Source: Sulfurospirillaceae bacterium | GTDB taxonomy: Bacteria; Campylobacterota; Campylobacteria; Campylobacterales; Sulfurospirillaceae | Direction: 5' to 3' | DNA length: 64,000 nucleotides | NCBI GenBank assembly: GCA_033723415.1 | Contig: JAWVXD010000002.1 | Coordinates: 96,001-160,000, forward strand | Shown: piece after piece, positions 9,472 to 19,888 of the stretch | Numbering within the stretch: the first letter of the stretch is position 1 | Layout: each line of letters starts with the position of its first letter | Made by a program: the position numbers and the translations under genes | Notes under the pieces: model-generated | What the model was told of the DNA's origin: nothing | Databases searched by the model: none | The model's input: only the letters and a program-made list of their open reading frames with translations

Positions 9472-10396
9472 TTACATACTCCAAAGCCTGAATTCCTGCA
9501 GTTGCTCCATCGCCTGCTGCACAAACTACTTGTTTTGATGCCTTTATCCTTAGATCTCCTGCTGCAAAAAGTCCCTTTGTCGATGTGTGCATTTCAAGAT
9601 CCACTATTACATTTCCATTCTCATCTAAATCACAAATAGGAGAGCCGTCTTCTTGTATAAGTATAGAGTTATTTACATTCATGCCGACAAAAACAAAAAA
9701 TCCAGGAACCTGTAAGTCTCTCTTGTTACCATCTTTGCTTGAGATAATAACTCCGTTGACACCGCTGGCATCGCCATATATCTCATCTATAGTTGAATTT
9801 AAGATCAATTCTATATTTTTATTTTTCTTTACTTTTTCTACTGTTACAGGACTAGCTCTAAATGTATCTCTTCTATGGATCAGATACACCTTTGAACAAA
9901 TGTTTGCAAGATACAGTGCTTCTTCTAAAGCTGTATCGCCGCCGCCTAATACTGCAACTTCCTTATTTTTGTAAAAAAATCCATCACAAGTGGCACAAGT
10001 ACTTACTCCACGTCCAAAAAATTTATCTTCGCCTTTTATGCCTGATCGTCTAGGTGTACTGCCTGTGCATACAATAACACTTTTTGCTTCAACGACTTCA
10101 TCACCTAATAGCATAATTTCAAAAATTCCATCTTCTCTTTTGGATACGCGGCTAACTTCATCCATCCTGTGCTTCATTCCAAATCTCATACATTGTTCCG
10201 GCCAATTTTGCATCATATCCATACCGCTCATAACCTCTGAAATGCCGGGATAGTTTTCTATTTCACTGCTGCTGGTAATCTGTCCGCCGGGAAGACCTTT
10301 TTCAAACATTACTACCTCTTTTAGCCCACCTCTCGTTGCATATAAACCAGCGGTAAGTCCTGCCGGCCCTCCTCCTATAATCGCTAAATCCAACAT
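9464..10396 (-). CDS. trxB: Thioredoxin-disulfide reductase
   Basis: [22 protein letters not shown] and FAAGD. Confidence 0.97.
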   Translation of the reverse strand: MLDLAIIGGGPAGLTAGLYATRGGLKEVVMFEKGLPGGQITSSSEIENYPGISEVMSGMDMMQNWPEQCMRFGMKHRMDEVSRVSKREDGIFEIMLLGDEVVEAKSVIVCTGSTPRRSGIKGEDKFFGRGVSTCATCDGFFYKNKEVAVLGGGDTALEEALYLANICSKVYLIHRRDTFRASPVTVEKVKKNKNIELILNSTIDEIYGDASGVNGVIISSKDGNKRDLQVPGFFVFVGMNVNNSILIQEDGSPICDLDENGNVIVDLEMHTSTKGLFAAGDLRIKASKQVVCAAGDGATAGIQALEYVND

Positions 10397-10819
10397 TGTT
10401 TTCCTTTTTTACTTATTTAATTAATTCCAATTTATTATATTGTTATATATCATTTCATGATCTTTTATAAGGGATATGTCTGAAACTTGATATATACTGA
10501 ACCTTCGGACAAATTTTAGCAATAAATTTGCACAAGCATTTATACATTATACTTTTTATCTCTTGTTTTGATACAAATCTACCGTAATTATATGATTTGT
10601 CTTATTAACATTTCTTAAAATTTTATCGATATTATGAATCTTGAGGCTGTGTACTACAATCGGATACTTATAAAGTTGTATGAGAAAGATATCACTTTTA
10701 TCAAAGCAAATCCATTTGTAAAAATGAATCAAATAATATACAAAAAAACGATAATAATAATAAGACGAAAAAACAGCTGTTCTTATAACTGTACCAAAAA
10801 AAGAAGCAAAAATATAGTT

Positions 10820-10846
10820 AAGGGAGAGTAAGTTTCTCCCCCTTTT
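10820..10846 (-). terminator. Probable intrinsic terminator downstream of trxA
   Basis: Minus strand GGGAGA-AACTTAC-TCTCCC stem followed by a T-rich tail. Confidence 0.65.
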
Positions 10847-10931
10847 CATTGAGTTGTCCATCTCGCAATCAATAAATCCTTATGAAAAGTCACTATAACT
10901 TTCCCAAGACAATAAATAGATTGCATGAACA

Positions 10932-11249
10932 TTATAGGTATGAATTTATCTTATCTGCTAAAATTTGTTTTGAAGAAGCACCAACCATTTGGTCAACTAA
11001 TTCCCCATTTTTAAAAAATAAAATTGTAGGAATTGATCTAATTCCATATTTTACGGCAACATCTTGTTCTTCATCTGTATTTACTTTACAAATTTTTGCT
11101 TTACCATCAAAATCTTCGGCTAATTCTTCTATAACAGGAGCTATCATTCTACAAGGTCCACACCAAGGTGCCCAGAAATCTACTAATGCTACGCCTTCAC
11201 TCACTGTGCTATCAAAGTTTGATGCATTCAACTCTACATATTTTCCCAT
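10932..11249 (-). CDS. trxA: Thioredoxin 1
   Basis: DFWAPWCGPC and GIRSIPT; AGGAG SD. Confidence 0.98.
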   Translation of the reverse strand: MGKYVELNASNFDSTVSEGVALVDFWAPWCGPCRMIAPVIEELAEDFDGKAKICKVNTDEEQDVAVKYGIRSIPTILFFKNGELVDQMVGASSKQILADKINSYL

Positions 11250-11346
11250 AATTTCTCCTAAATCTTGACTTATTAATTATAGTATATTATACAAATTTTT
11301 CTTTAAAATTACCATAGGCGATCTTTTTAATTACCAACATACATGA

Positions 11347-11670
11347 TCAGCTAATATTTTCTAAAATCTCAATATTGTTCGAATCCACCAAGGCTGCGCA
11401 TATCTGATAATCTTTATCTTCTTGATTTAACATAAAAAAATAATTTATGGTTTTGATTATTTTTTCTAATTTTGTCGGTGTTATTCTATAAATCGGATCA
11501 TAATCTTTAGAATATTTTACTTCAAAAAAACTAATTAAGGAGCCTTTTTCAGCAATAATATCTATCTCACCGAATTTTGAGTGAAAATTTCTCTTTATAA
11601 TCTTGTATCCTTGTTTCTTTAGATACTTTTCTACTCTATCTTCTGCAAGTTTACCGATTTCTAAACTCAT
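11347..11670 (-). CDS. YraN family (UPF0102) endonuclease-like protein
   Basis: G..AE...YL...GY.I..RNF...GEIDII...FEVK. Confidence 0.92.
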   Translation of the reverse strand: MSLEIGKLAEDRVEKYLKKQGYKIIKRNFHSKFGEIDIIAEKGSLISFFEVKYSKDYDPIYRITPTKLEKIIKTINYFFMLNQEDKDYQICAALVDSNNIEILENIS

Positions 11671-12939
11671 CTACTCTTCTATTCTGATCATAGTAGGTTT
11701 CTTCTTTATAAATTCACATTGATGTATATCATTGATTGCTTTTTGTATATCTTTTTCAAAGCATTTATGCGTTGAAAAAAGCAATGTTGCATTTTTAACA
11801 TCACTGCTTTGTTTCTGAATAAAACTATTGATAGATATATTATATTCGCCTAAAATCTTTGCTATTTTTGACAAAACACCAATCTTGTCTTCTACTTCTA
11901 TTCTCACGTAATACTTTGTAAAAATCTCATTTGCATCTTTTAGCTTCAACACACTGTTTTCTAGTATATTTTTAAATCCCAGCATAGGTGAATTGCTACC
12001 GTTTCTTGCTATGTCAATAATATCTGATATAACCGAGCTAGCAGTTGCATCTCCGCCCGCACCTGGTCCATAATACATAGTTTCTCCTACACAATCACCA
12101 ACAACACTGACTCCGTTCATAACACCGTCAATCTTAGCTATCATTTCATTTTTGTTTATAAGTGCCGGATGAACTCTAAGTTCTACACTGTTCCCTGTCT
12201 TTTTTGCTATTGTAAGTAATTTTATACTGTAGCCAAATTCATTTGCAAAGAAGATATCTTCTTTGTTTATATTTTCTATACCTTCTATAAGTATGTCTTC
12301 TGGTTTTGCATCAATTCCATAAGCAATACTTGCCAATATCAAAAGTTTATGAGCAGCATCAAAACCACCTATGTCAAAACTAGGATCTGCTTCTGCATAT
12401 CCTAGCTCTTGGGCTTCTTTTAGGATCTCTTCAAATTCTACGCCGTCTTTCATCATCTTGGTCAACATATAATTACAAGTACCGTTCATTATACCCTTGA
12501 TCGACTCTATATGATTTGCACTTAGTCCCTCTCTTAAAGCTTTGATAATAGGAATACCTCCTGCTACGCTTGCTTCAAATCCTATTGGTATATTTTTCGC
12601 ATATTTTTGAAGTTCATATCTGTGGTAAGCAAGCATCGCTTTGTTTGCTGTCACGACAGCTTTATTCTTTGCTAATGCTTTTTTTACTACTTCATAGGCG
12701 TCATCAACCCCACCCATGAGTTCAACAACAATATCAATACTGTCATCTTCTAATATGTCATCTAGATTATTGCTTATGCGTATATTTACATCTCTTTTTT
12801 TATCTATGTTTTTGACTATACCAATAACCGGGACGATCTCTTTACCGGCTCTTGCTTTTATAATATCTTTATTCTTTTGTAAAATCTTAATAACACTTGT
12901 ACCGACTGTACCTACCCCTATTACCCCTACTTTTATCAT
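11671..12939 (-). CDS. hom: Homoserine dehydrogenase with C-terminal ACT domain
   Basis: GVGTVG, VVTANK, FEASVAGGIP, NGTCNY and GPGAGGDATAS. Confidence 0.97.
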   Translation of the reverse strand: MIKVGVIGVGTVGTSVIKILQKNKDIIKARAGKEIVPVIGIVKNIDKKRDVNIRISNNLDDILEDDSIDIVVELMGGVDDAYEVVKKALAKNKAVVTANKAMLAYHRYELQKYAKNIPIGFEASVAGGIPIIKALREGLSANHIESIKGIMNGTCNYMLTKMMKDGVEFEEILKEAQELGYAEADPSFDIGGFDAAHKLLILASIAYGIDAKPEDILIEGIENINKEDIFFANEFGYSIKLLTIAKKTGNSVELRVHPALINKNEMIAKIDGVMNGVSVVGDCVGETMYYGPGAGGDATASSVISDIIDIARNGSNSPMLGFKNILENSVLKLKDANEIFTKYYVRIEVEDKIGVLSKIAKILGEYNISINSFIQKQSSDVKNATLLFSTHKCFEKDIQKAINDIHQCEFIKKKPTMIRIEE

Positions 12940-14153
12940 TATTTTGCCTCTAAACTCTTTAAATATTTTTTTACATTTCTGGCAGCTTGTCTTATTCTGT
13001 TTTCATTTTCGATCAATGCGATTCTTACATACTGATCTCCATGTTCACCGAATCCGATCCCAGGACTTACTGCTATCTTCGCTTCTTTCAATAACTGTTT
13101 TGAGAATTCCATACTTCCTAAATGTCTTGCCACTTCAGGAATTTTTGCCCAGATAAACATCGTAGATTTTGGTTTTCCCATCTTCCATCCTGCATTATTG
13201 AAACTCTCATGAAGAACATCTCGTCTATTTCTATATACTTCTTTTATCTCTTCTACACACTCTTGCGGTCCATCAAGTGCTATAGTAGAAGCCACTTGTA
13301 TTGGAGTAAACATACCATAATCAAACCAGGATTTGATTTTTTGTAAAGCTCCGACAAGCTTTGGGTTACCTACTATAAAACCGACTCTCCAACCCGCCAT
13401 GTTATAACTTTTAGAAAGAGTCGAACTTTCAACCGCCACATCCTTAGCGCCTTCTACTTCAAATATAGATGGTGTCGTATAGCCATCATATGTCAGATCA
13501 GCATACGCTATATCGCTTATGATATAAAATCTCTCTTGCTTTGCATATGCCACCAATTCTTCATAAAACGATTTATCTACTGTAACCGTTGTTGGATTAT
13601 GAGGAAAATTTACAACTACAAACTTAGGTTTTGGGACAGAATCTCTAAATGCTTTTTTTAATTTAATAAAAAATTGTTCCTTATCCAATTCAAAATTTTC
13701 ATTAAAATCTAAACCAAATTTATGGACATTTCCTCCTGCGATTATAAATGCATGTGAGTGAATAGGATAGGCAGGATCAGGTACTACTGCAACATCTCCT
13801 GGATTCGTTATAGCTTGAACCAAATGCACATAACCCTCTTTGCTTCCAAGCGTTACTACAGCTTCAGTATTTGGATCTAAGTCAACTCCATATTTCCTTT
13901 TATACCAGTTGCAAATAGCAAGTCTTAATTTATAAATACCTTTGCTGACACTATAACCGTGAGTCTTGTCTTTACTGACCGAATCTACGAGCTTATCTAT
14001 TATGTGTTGCGGTGTTCTTCCATCAGGATTACCCATAGAAAAATCTATAATATCCTCACCTGCACGTCTGGCTTTTAATTTTATCTCATTTATTTCTGCA
14101 AATACATAGTTCGGTAATCTTTCTATCGTATTAAATCTAATTTCATCAAACAT
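12939..14153 (-). CDS. PLP-dependent class I aminotransferase (AlaC/DapL-like)
   Basis: NFPHNPT, DIAY and LSKSYNMAGWRVGF (PLP lysine). Confidence 0.9.
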   Translation of the reverse strand: MFDEIRFNTIERLPNYVFAEINEIKLKARRAGEDIIDFSMGNPDGRTPQHIIDKLVDSVSKDKTHGYSVSKGIYKLRLAICNWYKRKYGVDLDPNTEAVVTLGSKEGYVHLVQAITNPGDVAVVPDPAYPIHSHAFIIAGGNVHKFGLDFNENFELDKEQFFIKLKKAFRDSVPKPKFVVVNFPHNPTTVTVDKSFYEELVAYAKQERFYIISDIAYADLTYDGYTTPSIFEVEGAKDVAVESSTLSKSYNMAGWRVGFIVGNPKLVGALQKIKSWFDYGMFTPIQVASTIALDGPQECVEEIKEVYRNRRDVLHESFNNAGWKMGKPKSTMFIWAKIPEVARHLGSMEFSKQLLKEAKIAVSPGIGFGEHGDQYVRIALIENENRIRQAARNVKKYLKSLEAK

Positions 14154-14218
14154 CGTATTCTTCCTTTTCTACAAAATTTTTAAATTCAAATTTAACTAAA
14201 AGCTAATAAAGGGTGTGT

Positions 14219-15040
14219 TTAATTGTTGCTCTTAAGATAAACACTTAACCCATGCTTTATATTATCCAGTGTGTATATGTCCCCGATTCTTATATATTTA
14301 CAATCTTTTGGGACTTTCAATGTGATGCCATATGTTCTTTCGTTGATCTTTGTCTGGGAAATCAAGTGTAAGCCTCTATCCAAGAACAATACCAAAGGAT
14401 ACCAGTGATCAGAAAAGCTTGTTTTTATTTTGATAGATTTGGCATTGTTATTTTCTATCCAATACGGTTGAATCGGTTTTGGCAGATCCGTATTTATATC
14501 GTTTTCTAATTTTACCGTATTTAGTTTTGCATCTTGTGAGTCGATCTTGTACTCCCAATGGTCATCATTCTCTTTTATGATATCCTCAATTTTACATCCT
14601 CTCTTCTCAAGCTCTTGGGCAAATAGAATCGGATTTATAATTCTTTTGGTTTTTAAATTTATAGTCCATGTAAATTTATTTTCTGATTTTGCTGCTTCTT
14701 CAGTCAAAAAATAGTTGTAACCTATTGCTTCCAAAGATTCACTTATAACCCTTGTAAATATAAGTGGATTCTTATCCGTGATAAATTTTATATGCAAAAA
14801 GATAGGCGAATTATAAAAAAGCTTCAATAATCCGTTATCTTGCAACTCTTTTATAACTTTCAGGCTATCTACACTGCCATCGGATTGTCTATAAAAATTT
14901 GACTCATTTTTAAATAAAATTTTAACCAAATTTTCTTGTTTAGCATAGTTCTCTGCACCCATATAGCTGATGATCTTATCTTGCAGATTTGCAAAAGCAA
15001 ATGTAGCTATAAATGCCAATAAAAAGATTTTTTTTACCAA
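14219..15040 (-). CDS. Conserved Campylobacterota periplasmic protein
   Basis: Signal peptide (…ATFAFA); position in the conserved operon as recalled for C. jejuni. Confidence 0.75.
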   Translation of the reverse strand: MVKKIFLLAFIATFAFANLQDKIISYMGAENYAKQENLVKILFKNESNFYRQSDGSVDSLKVIKELQDNGLLKLFYNSPIFLHIKFITDKNPLIFTRVISESLEAIGYNYFLTEEAAKSENKFTWTINLKTKRIINPILFAQELEKRGCKIEDIIKENDDHWEYKIDSQDAKLNTVKLENDINTDLPKPIQPYWIENNNAKSIKIKTSFSDHWYPLVLFLDRGLHLISQTKINERTYGITLKVPKDCKYIRIGDIYTLDNIKHGLSVYLKSNN

Positions 15041-15945
15041 AGAGAGCCTCTATTTAATTCCATAAACTTCTTTGTTGAAATTTGTGATATATTTCCATCT
15101 TTAATCATAAATTTCATCGGCTGTATCTTATTATACTTTGTTACTTCTCCGTTAAAGTACAAAGTAAAATCTCCATGACCTGTTGTTATAAGCTGGTCTT
15201 TAGACGGATCAATAGTATAATTGCCATCTCCCAGATATGAACTTCTTTTAAAAGTTTTTAGATCAATAATCCCGATCCAAAGTTTCGTTGCAGGAGAAAT
15301 AAAATCATCTTTGTTTATATTTAACGCAACAGAAGTAGAATTATTTTCTTGTACTTTATCTTGTTTGATCTGTATATTTGAAAACGACTTATTTGATTCA
15401 TCAGAGGTATTCTTATCTACAGTCACAGGTAATGTGTTTACGGTAGTAGAGTTGTTATCTTCAGTAAAAGCTGTAGTATTTACCTCATCGACCTTAACAT
15501 TACCGGATAATGACTTTTTAGCTTCACTAACAACAGGGGTTTCTTCATATGTATAGTTTATATCTTTTTTAAGTACCGTGTCTTCAAAAAAATTCAATTT
15601 TTTATTTAAAAACATATAAGCACCATACAAAATTGCAACTAAAACAATAAGAGATAGCAGTGTAAATATAACCTTTGTATATTTTTTTGGTTTTTGAACT
15701 ATAAATATCTTATTATGTTCTTGTTCAGGTATTTGTTCATCCCAATACTGCCTTGCTTCTTCAAGCCAATCTGTAAAATCCAGATCATACTCTCTAGAAA
15801 TTATTTTTGCAAACCCTATAGAATTTGTCTTATTTAACTTGTCAAACTCCGAATTGATTATATATTCTAAAAATTTAACTTCAATATGGGTTTTTCGTGA
15901 AACTTCTTTTAAGCCTATATCTTCAAGAATCCTAATACTAGCCAT
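15034..15945 (-). CDS. RodZ-like protein (HTH, TM helix, low-complexity linker, periplasmic domain)
   Basis: N-terminal HTH (EVSRKTHI...GFAKIISREY), one TM helix, N/T/S-rich linker; start reassigned to ATG 15945 after AGGA. Confidence 0.7.
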   Translation of the reverse strand: MASIRILEDIGLKEVSRKTHIEVKFLEYIINSEFDKLNKTNSIGFAKIISREYDLDFTDWLEEARQYWDEQIPEQEHNKIFIVQKPKKYTKVIFTLLSLIVLVAILYGAYMFLNKKLNFFEDTVLKKDINYTYEETPVVSEAKKSLSGNVKVDEVNTTAFTEDNNSTTVNTLPVTVDKNTSDESNKSFSNIQIKQDKVQENNSTSVALNINKDDFISPATKLWIGIIDLKTFKRSSYLGDGNYTIDPSKDQLITTGHGDFTLYFNGEVTKYNKIQPMKFMIKDGNISQISTKKFMELNRGSLW

Positions 15946-16621
15946 TAAATATCCTATCGCACAATATTGCAGTAGCTGCGCCAACGTTTAAAGAGTCAAA
16001 TTCTCTCGCCATTTTTATAGAAACGATTTCATCAAGCTTAGATTTTACTTTACTTGGGATACCTTCTCCCTCACTGCCCATCATTAAAGCTTTTTTAGGG
16101 CTAAACTTTAATCCTTTAACATCTTTTCCATTCATATCTGCACCATAGATCTTAAAACCAACTTGTTTTAGCTCATTTATCAAATCTAGAGTATTGCTTT
16201 CTAAAACTATAGGAATCTCAAATATTGCCGCACTGCTAGTTCTGATAAGAGCTTCCAAATTAATACTTTTTATTCCACTTATTATTACAGCATCTGCACC
16301 AAATACATATGCGCTTCTGATAATTGCTCCAATATTACCTACATCAGTAATCCCTTGTAATATCAGTACAAACGAACTTTTTTTGATGTCATTGAAATCA
16401 GTAAAGGTTATGTCTTCAATATGCGCTATAAAACCTTGGTGGTTTCCGCCATGACACAGAGCTTGTGCCTTCATATTATCAACCAAAGAAACATCCAAGC
16501 ATGCTCTCTTTATCTTCGAAAAAAGTTTTGGGTCACACTTCTTAGATAACTGCACTTTTATTAATTTATTCGGATATTTTTCTAAAACATGTAAAAAAAG
16601 TTGTTTACCGTATATTATCAT
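15938..16621 (-). CDS. rlmB: 23S rRNA (Gm2251) 2'-O-methyltransferase, SpoU family
   Basis: NHQG, DVGNIGAIIRSA, GSEGEG and DSLNVG. Confidence 0.93.
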   Translation of the reverse strand: MIIYGKQLFLHVLEKYPNKLIKVQLSKKCDPKLFSKIKRACLDVSLVDNMKAQALCHGGNHQGFIAHIEDITFTDFNDIKKSSFVLILQGITDVGNIGAIIRSAYVFGADAVIISGIKSINLEALIRTSSAAIFEIPIVLESNTLDLINELKQVGFKIYGADMNGKDVKGLKFSPKKALMMGSEGEGIPSKVKSKLDEIVSIKMAREFDSLNVGAATAILCDRIFNG

Positions 16622-16633
16622 GGATTTATTGTA
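16622..16633 (-). promoter_or_regulatory. -10 box positioned for a leaderless rlmB mRNA
   Basis: Minus strand TACAAT-AAATCC-ATG with no SD. Confidence 0.6.
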
Positions 16634-16664
16634 TCTAAAATAGCTTAAAAAGTACTATAAAAGC

Positions 16665-17480
16665 TTAAGTCTCTTGTATGTTTTTATAACAATCTTTGAT
16701 GCTTGTCCCTGTCAATTTTGAAAGTAGTTTTGCTTTTTGTTTTGGATGTATTTCTAAAGATTTTATATCCTCTTCAGTAATTTTTTCACCGATTAGTTCC
16801 TCTTTTGGCTCTAGCACCAAAGACCACTCTCCCTTTGGGTTTATATGATTTAAAAAATTCGGAAATTCACAGCAGGTAGCAAAAAATTTATTTTCAAATT
16901 TTTTAGTTGCTTCTTTTATGGCAAAAAGTTTTCTATTTGGACACATCTTCTCTAGTTCGAGAGAAAGTTTTGCGATTCTATGGGGTGACTCGTACAATAT
17001 TGTAGGATAGATCGAATCAATCACGCTAGATAAGGCATTTGTTCTTTCTTTTCCCTTATGTGGCAAAAAACCATAAAACGTAAATTTGCTCAGATCAAAA
17101 CCACTTGAAGCATAAGCTAAAAGAGCGGCATTTGCTCCAGGCAAAACTTCATATCCTATATCATTTTCTTGACAATATTGAACAAGTTTTGCTCCTGGAT
17201 CACTAATACATGGCATCCCTGCGTCACTCATAAATGCTATATTATTTAGAAAAATCTCTTTGTCAAATGAAGCTAATACTTTTTCGTCATTGTGAGAATG
17301 AAATGATATAAATTTTTCGATTTTGAATTCTATGTTATGTTTGATTGAAAGTAAATTGAGGAGTTTTTTTGTGACTCGTGTATCTTCACAAAGCAGAATT
17401 TGTATTTCAGTCAAAAGCTTTAAGCTTCTAACTGAAATATCATCTATATTTCCTATTGGAGTAGGAATTAAATATACCAA
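16665..17480 (-). CDS. rsmI: 16S rRNA (C1402) 2'-O-methyltransferase
   Basis: PTPIGN, CEDTR, SDAGMPCISDPG and YESPHR. Confidence 0.97.
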   Translation of the reverse strand: MVYLIPTPIGNIDDISVRSLKLLTEIQILLCEDTRVTKKLLNLLSIKHNIEFKIEKFISFHSHNDEKVLASFDKEIFLNNIAFMSDAGMPCISDPGAKLVQYCQENDIGYEVLPGANAALLAYASSGFDLSKFTFYGFLPHKGKERTNALSSVIDSIYPTILYESPHRIAKLSLELEKMCPNRKLFAIKEATKKFENKFFATCCEFPNFLNHINPKGEWSLVLEPKEELIGEKITEEDIKSLEIHPKQKAKLLSKLTGTSIKDCYKNIQET

Positions 17481-17495
17481 AATATTTTAGAAAAA

Positions 17496-17696
17496 CTATT
17501 TTAAATTGTATTTTTTCTTAAATTTTTCAACTCTACCGGCCGCATCCACTATTTTTTCACTGCCCGTAAAAAATGGATGGCATTCATTACAAATGTCTAT
17601 CTTAATTTCAGGTTTGTTAGACATTGTTTCAAATTTATTTCCGCAAGCACAACTAACGGTACAAGCGACATATTCAGGGTGAATATCTTTTTTCAT
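17496..17696 (-). CDS. rpmE: 50S ribosomal protein L31 (zinc-binding type)
   Basis: [23 protein letters not shown] and GRVEKF. Confidence 0.98.
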   Translation of the reverse strand: MKKDIHPEYVACTVSCACGNKFETMSNKPEIKIDICNECHPFFTGSEKIVDAAGRVEKFKKKYNLK

Positions 17697-17726
17697 TCTT
17701 ATCTTCCTTCAAATTTGTATAAAGTG

Positions 17727-17811
17727 CCCTAATAATAAGTAAAATTAACTTAGCAGTAGGCTTTTTAAGGCCCACCGCTATATAGGGGGGAGGGGAAACG
17801 AAATTATAACA
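17727..17811 (-). promoter_or_regulatory. rpmE promoter and structured 5' leader (candidate cis-regulatory RNA)
   Basis: TGTTATAAT at 17803-17811; 11-bp stem TAGCGGTGGGC/GCCTACTGCTA with G-U pairs on the minus strand, a second small hairpin and a closing CCCTA/TAGGG helix. Confidence 0.6.
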
Positions 17812-17827
17812 CAATACTCTTAAGATT

Positions 17828-18496
17828 TCAAGTTAAAACTAAAGAACAGATTGATATGAGTGCAGTTTCACTTCTAAGTACCATCGGTGTTTGTAATCCT
17901 ATTTTATCTATGTGAGCAAATAAATTTCTCTCTACATTAGAAAATCCACCTTCACATCCGATCAAAAAGGAGGAAAGATCATTTTCTTTTTGTAATTTAT
18001 TTTCACTAAAATCAATCATCTTGCTTTTTGGATAGAGCATAAAATAATCCTTCAAACTATCAACAATTTCAATTTCCATCATTTTACTTCTTCCGCATTG
18101 CTGTGATGAATTTATCAATATCCTCTCAATTCTGTTCAAATCAATTTTAAAATTTTTCTGTGAAAATTCACAATATACAAAAGAGATCTTCGCAACACCT
18201 AATTCATTTAAATATGGAATCGTTTTTTCTATAATCTTGGGATCAACCACGCACCAACCGACATGAAGATACCTAGCCGCTTCAATTTTTAGATGTTCTT
18301 CGCCAATTAAATCCAAACTTGCAAATTTTTTATTGATATCTATAATTTTATATTTATACAAAACATCATCAGACATATTTCTAAAAAAAAGCTCATCTCC
18401 CACTTTAGAACGCCTTACTTTTAGAACATGCGCATATTCTTTGGCATCCAAACTCAATGTGGTTTTTTGGGCTTCGATATGGTATATAAATTGCAT
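17828..18496 (-). CDS. rsmE: 16S rRNA (U1498) N3-methyltransferase
   Basis: HVLKVRR, ELGV, SSQQCGR, IGCEGGFS and LRSETA. Confidence 0.95.
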   Translation of the reverse strand: MQFIYHIEAQKTTLSLDAKEYAHVLKVRRSKVGDELFFRNMSDDVLYKYKIIDINKKFASLDLIGEEHLKIEAARYLHVGWCVVDPKIIEKTIPYLNELGVAKISFVYCEFSQKNFKIDLNRIERILINSSQQCGRSKMMEIEIVDSLKDYFMLYPKSKMIDFSENKLQKENDLSSFLIGCEGGFSNVERNLFAHIDKIGLQTPMVLRSETALISICSLVLT

Positions 18497-18498
18497 TT

Positions 18499-18915
18499 TT
18501 ACTTTATGTATACAATAGCCATAGTCGCAATAATCAAAAGTATATCGATCAAATGTTTCTTTTTTGAAAATTTGATAAACCTACTTAATCTAACAGTGTC
18601 ATCACGCCTAAGTGATTTAAATTTTTTGTATCTCTTGATCGTGCTGATAAGTATAGTAAACCATACTATTATCATGACCAATTCCCGATAGCTAAAATTA
18701 AATTTTGATAGCCCTAGTAAAACTAGTCCCGTAAATATAACCGTAGCCAAGAACAAATAATAAAACGGAAGCATTGATCTAAATCTTTTTACCAAACCGT
18801 CATAATCTAATTTTTCATTTATAATAAAATAATTTACAGCTGCAAAAATTAAAACTATTCCAACAAGAGCACTGTGTAGGTGTAAAGTCATAGCAAATGT
18901 CTTATCCATTTTCAA
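18499..18915 (-). CDS. Integral membrane protein of unknown function
   Basis: About four hydrophobic segments; tightly coupled to moaA and rsmE. Confidence 0.75.
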   Translation of the reverse strand: MKMDKTFAMTLHLHSALVGIVLIFAAVNYFIINEKLDYDGLVKRFRSMLPFYYLFLATVIFTGLVLLGLSKFNFSYRELVMIIVWFTILISTIKRYKKFKSLRRDDTVRLSRFIKFSKKKHLIDILLIIATMAIVYIK

Positions 18916-19880
18916 CCTCCGGTTTCATAAAATGCTCTTTGGGATGTTTCATTCTCATTATCTTCACTCCATTTATTTTTTTCTGGCTTGTTTTTCAATA
19001 CGGTTTTTAGTACATTTGCAGCACCTTCTATATCTCCATTTTGAACTGCGTCTTTTATACTCATAGCTTCATCAAAATACAAACAAGGTATCAACATCCC
19101 CTCAGCTGTCAACCTGATTCTATTGCAATCTTCGCAAAAATCATGCTTATGCGGGTCTATAATCCCAAATCTGTATCCATCTTCTAATTCAAAAAGATGC
19201 GCAGGTGACGATCCGACTCTTCCAATCTCTTTAAAAGGATATTTTTGAGATATTGCATCTTTTATCTCTTGTGCACTTAATCCTTGCAATTTATCTTTTG
19301 CATGTTGATTTTCCATATATTCGATAAATCTGATTCTCATATTTTTTGATTTAGCAAATTCCAAAAGATCCAAAACTTCATCAGCATTGATCCCTTTTAA
19401 AGGGACTGTATTTATTTTGACGCTAAACCCTACTTTTAATGCTTCTTCTATACCTTCCATAACATGGATAAAAATATCTTTTTGAGATATCTTCATAGCT
19501 GTTTCTGCCCGAAGAGAGTCAAGTGAGATATTTATTCTCTTTAATCCGGCGTCTTTTAATTTTTTTGCACACTGTTTCAAAAGATAACCATTTGTCGTAA
19601 GAGCTAGATCCAAGTCACTTCTATAATCACTGATCATCTTGATAAACTTATCAAGATCAGCTCTCAAAAGAGGCTCACCACCGGTTATTCTAATCTTGTT
19701 GATGCCTTCATCAATACCAACTTTTATAAATAAAAACAGATCTTCAAAGCTTAGCAAGTTTTCTTTTGGAACCCAAGAAAACGGCTTTTCCGGCATACAA
19801 TACTGACATCTAAAATTACATCGCTCAGTTACGGAAACTCGCAAATAATTGACTTTTCTACCATGTCCGTCTATTAACAT
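18912..19880 (-). CDS. moaA: GTP 3',8-cyclase (molybdopterin biosynthesis)
   Basis: CNFRCQYC radical SAM motif, [11 protein letters not shown] and C-terminal GG. Confidence 0.98.
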   Translation of the reverse strand: MLIDGHGRKVNYLRVSVTERCNFRCQYCMPEKPFSWVPKENLLSFEDLFLFIKVGIDEGINKIRITGGEPLLRADLDKFIKMISDYRSDLDLALTTNGYLLKQCAKKLKDAGLKRINISLDSLRAETAMKISQKDIFIHVMEGIEEALKVGFSVKINTVPLKGINADEVLDLLEFAKSKNMRIRFIEYMENQHAKDKLQGLSAQEIKDAISQKYPFKEIGRVGSSPAHLFELEDGYRFGIIDPHKHDFCEDCNRIRLTAEGMLIPCLYFDEAMSIKDAVQNGDIEGAANVLKTVLKNKPEKNKWSEDNENETSQRAFYETGG

Positions 19881-19888
19881 AAAAATTC

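Noticed and set aside
10750..10764. GATAATAATAATAAG as a Fur/PerR box for trxB
   Set aside because: Only a short AAT repeat with no inverted half-site, about 350 nt from the start codon; expected by chance in AT-rich DNA.
10556..10861. 101-aa minus-strand ORF between trxA and trxB
   Set aside because: It crosses the trxA terminator hairpin, has the F/Y/I/K/N bias of non-coding AT-rich DNA and shows no recognisable motif.
17785..17795. G6-A-G4 tract as a phase-variation site
   Set aside because: The runs are shorter than typical Campylobacter contingency tracts, and part of the tract is explained by pairing in the rpmE leader.
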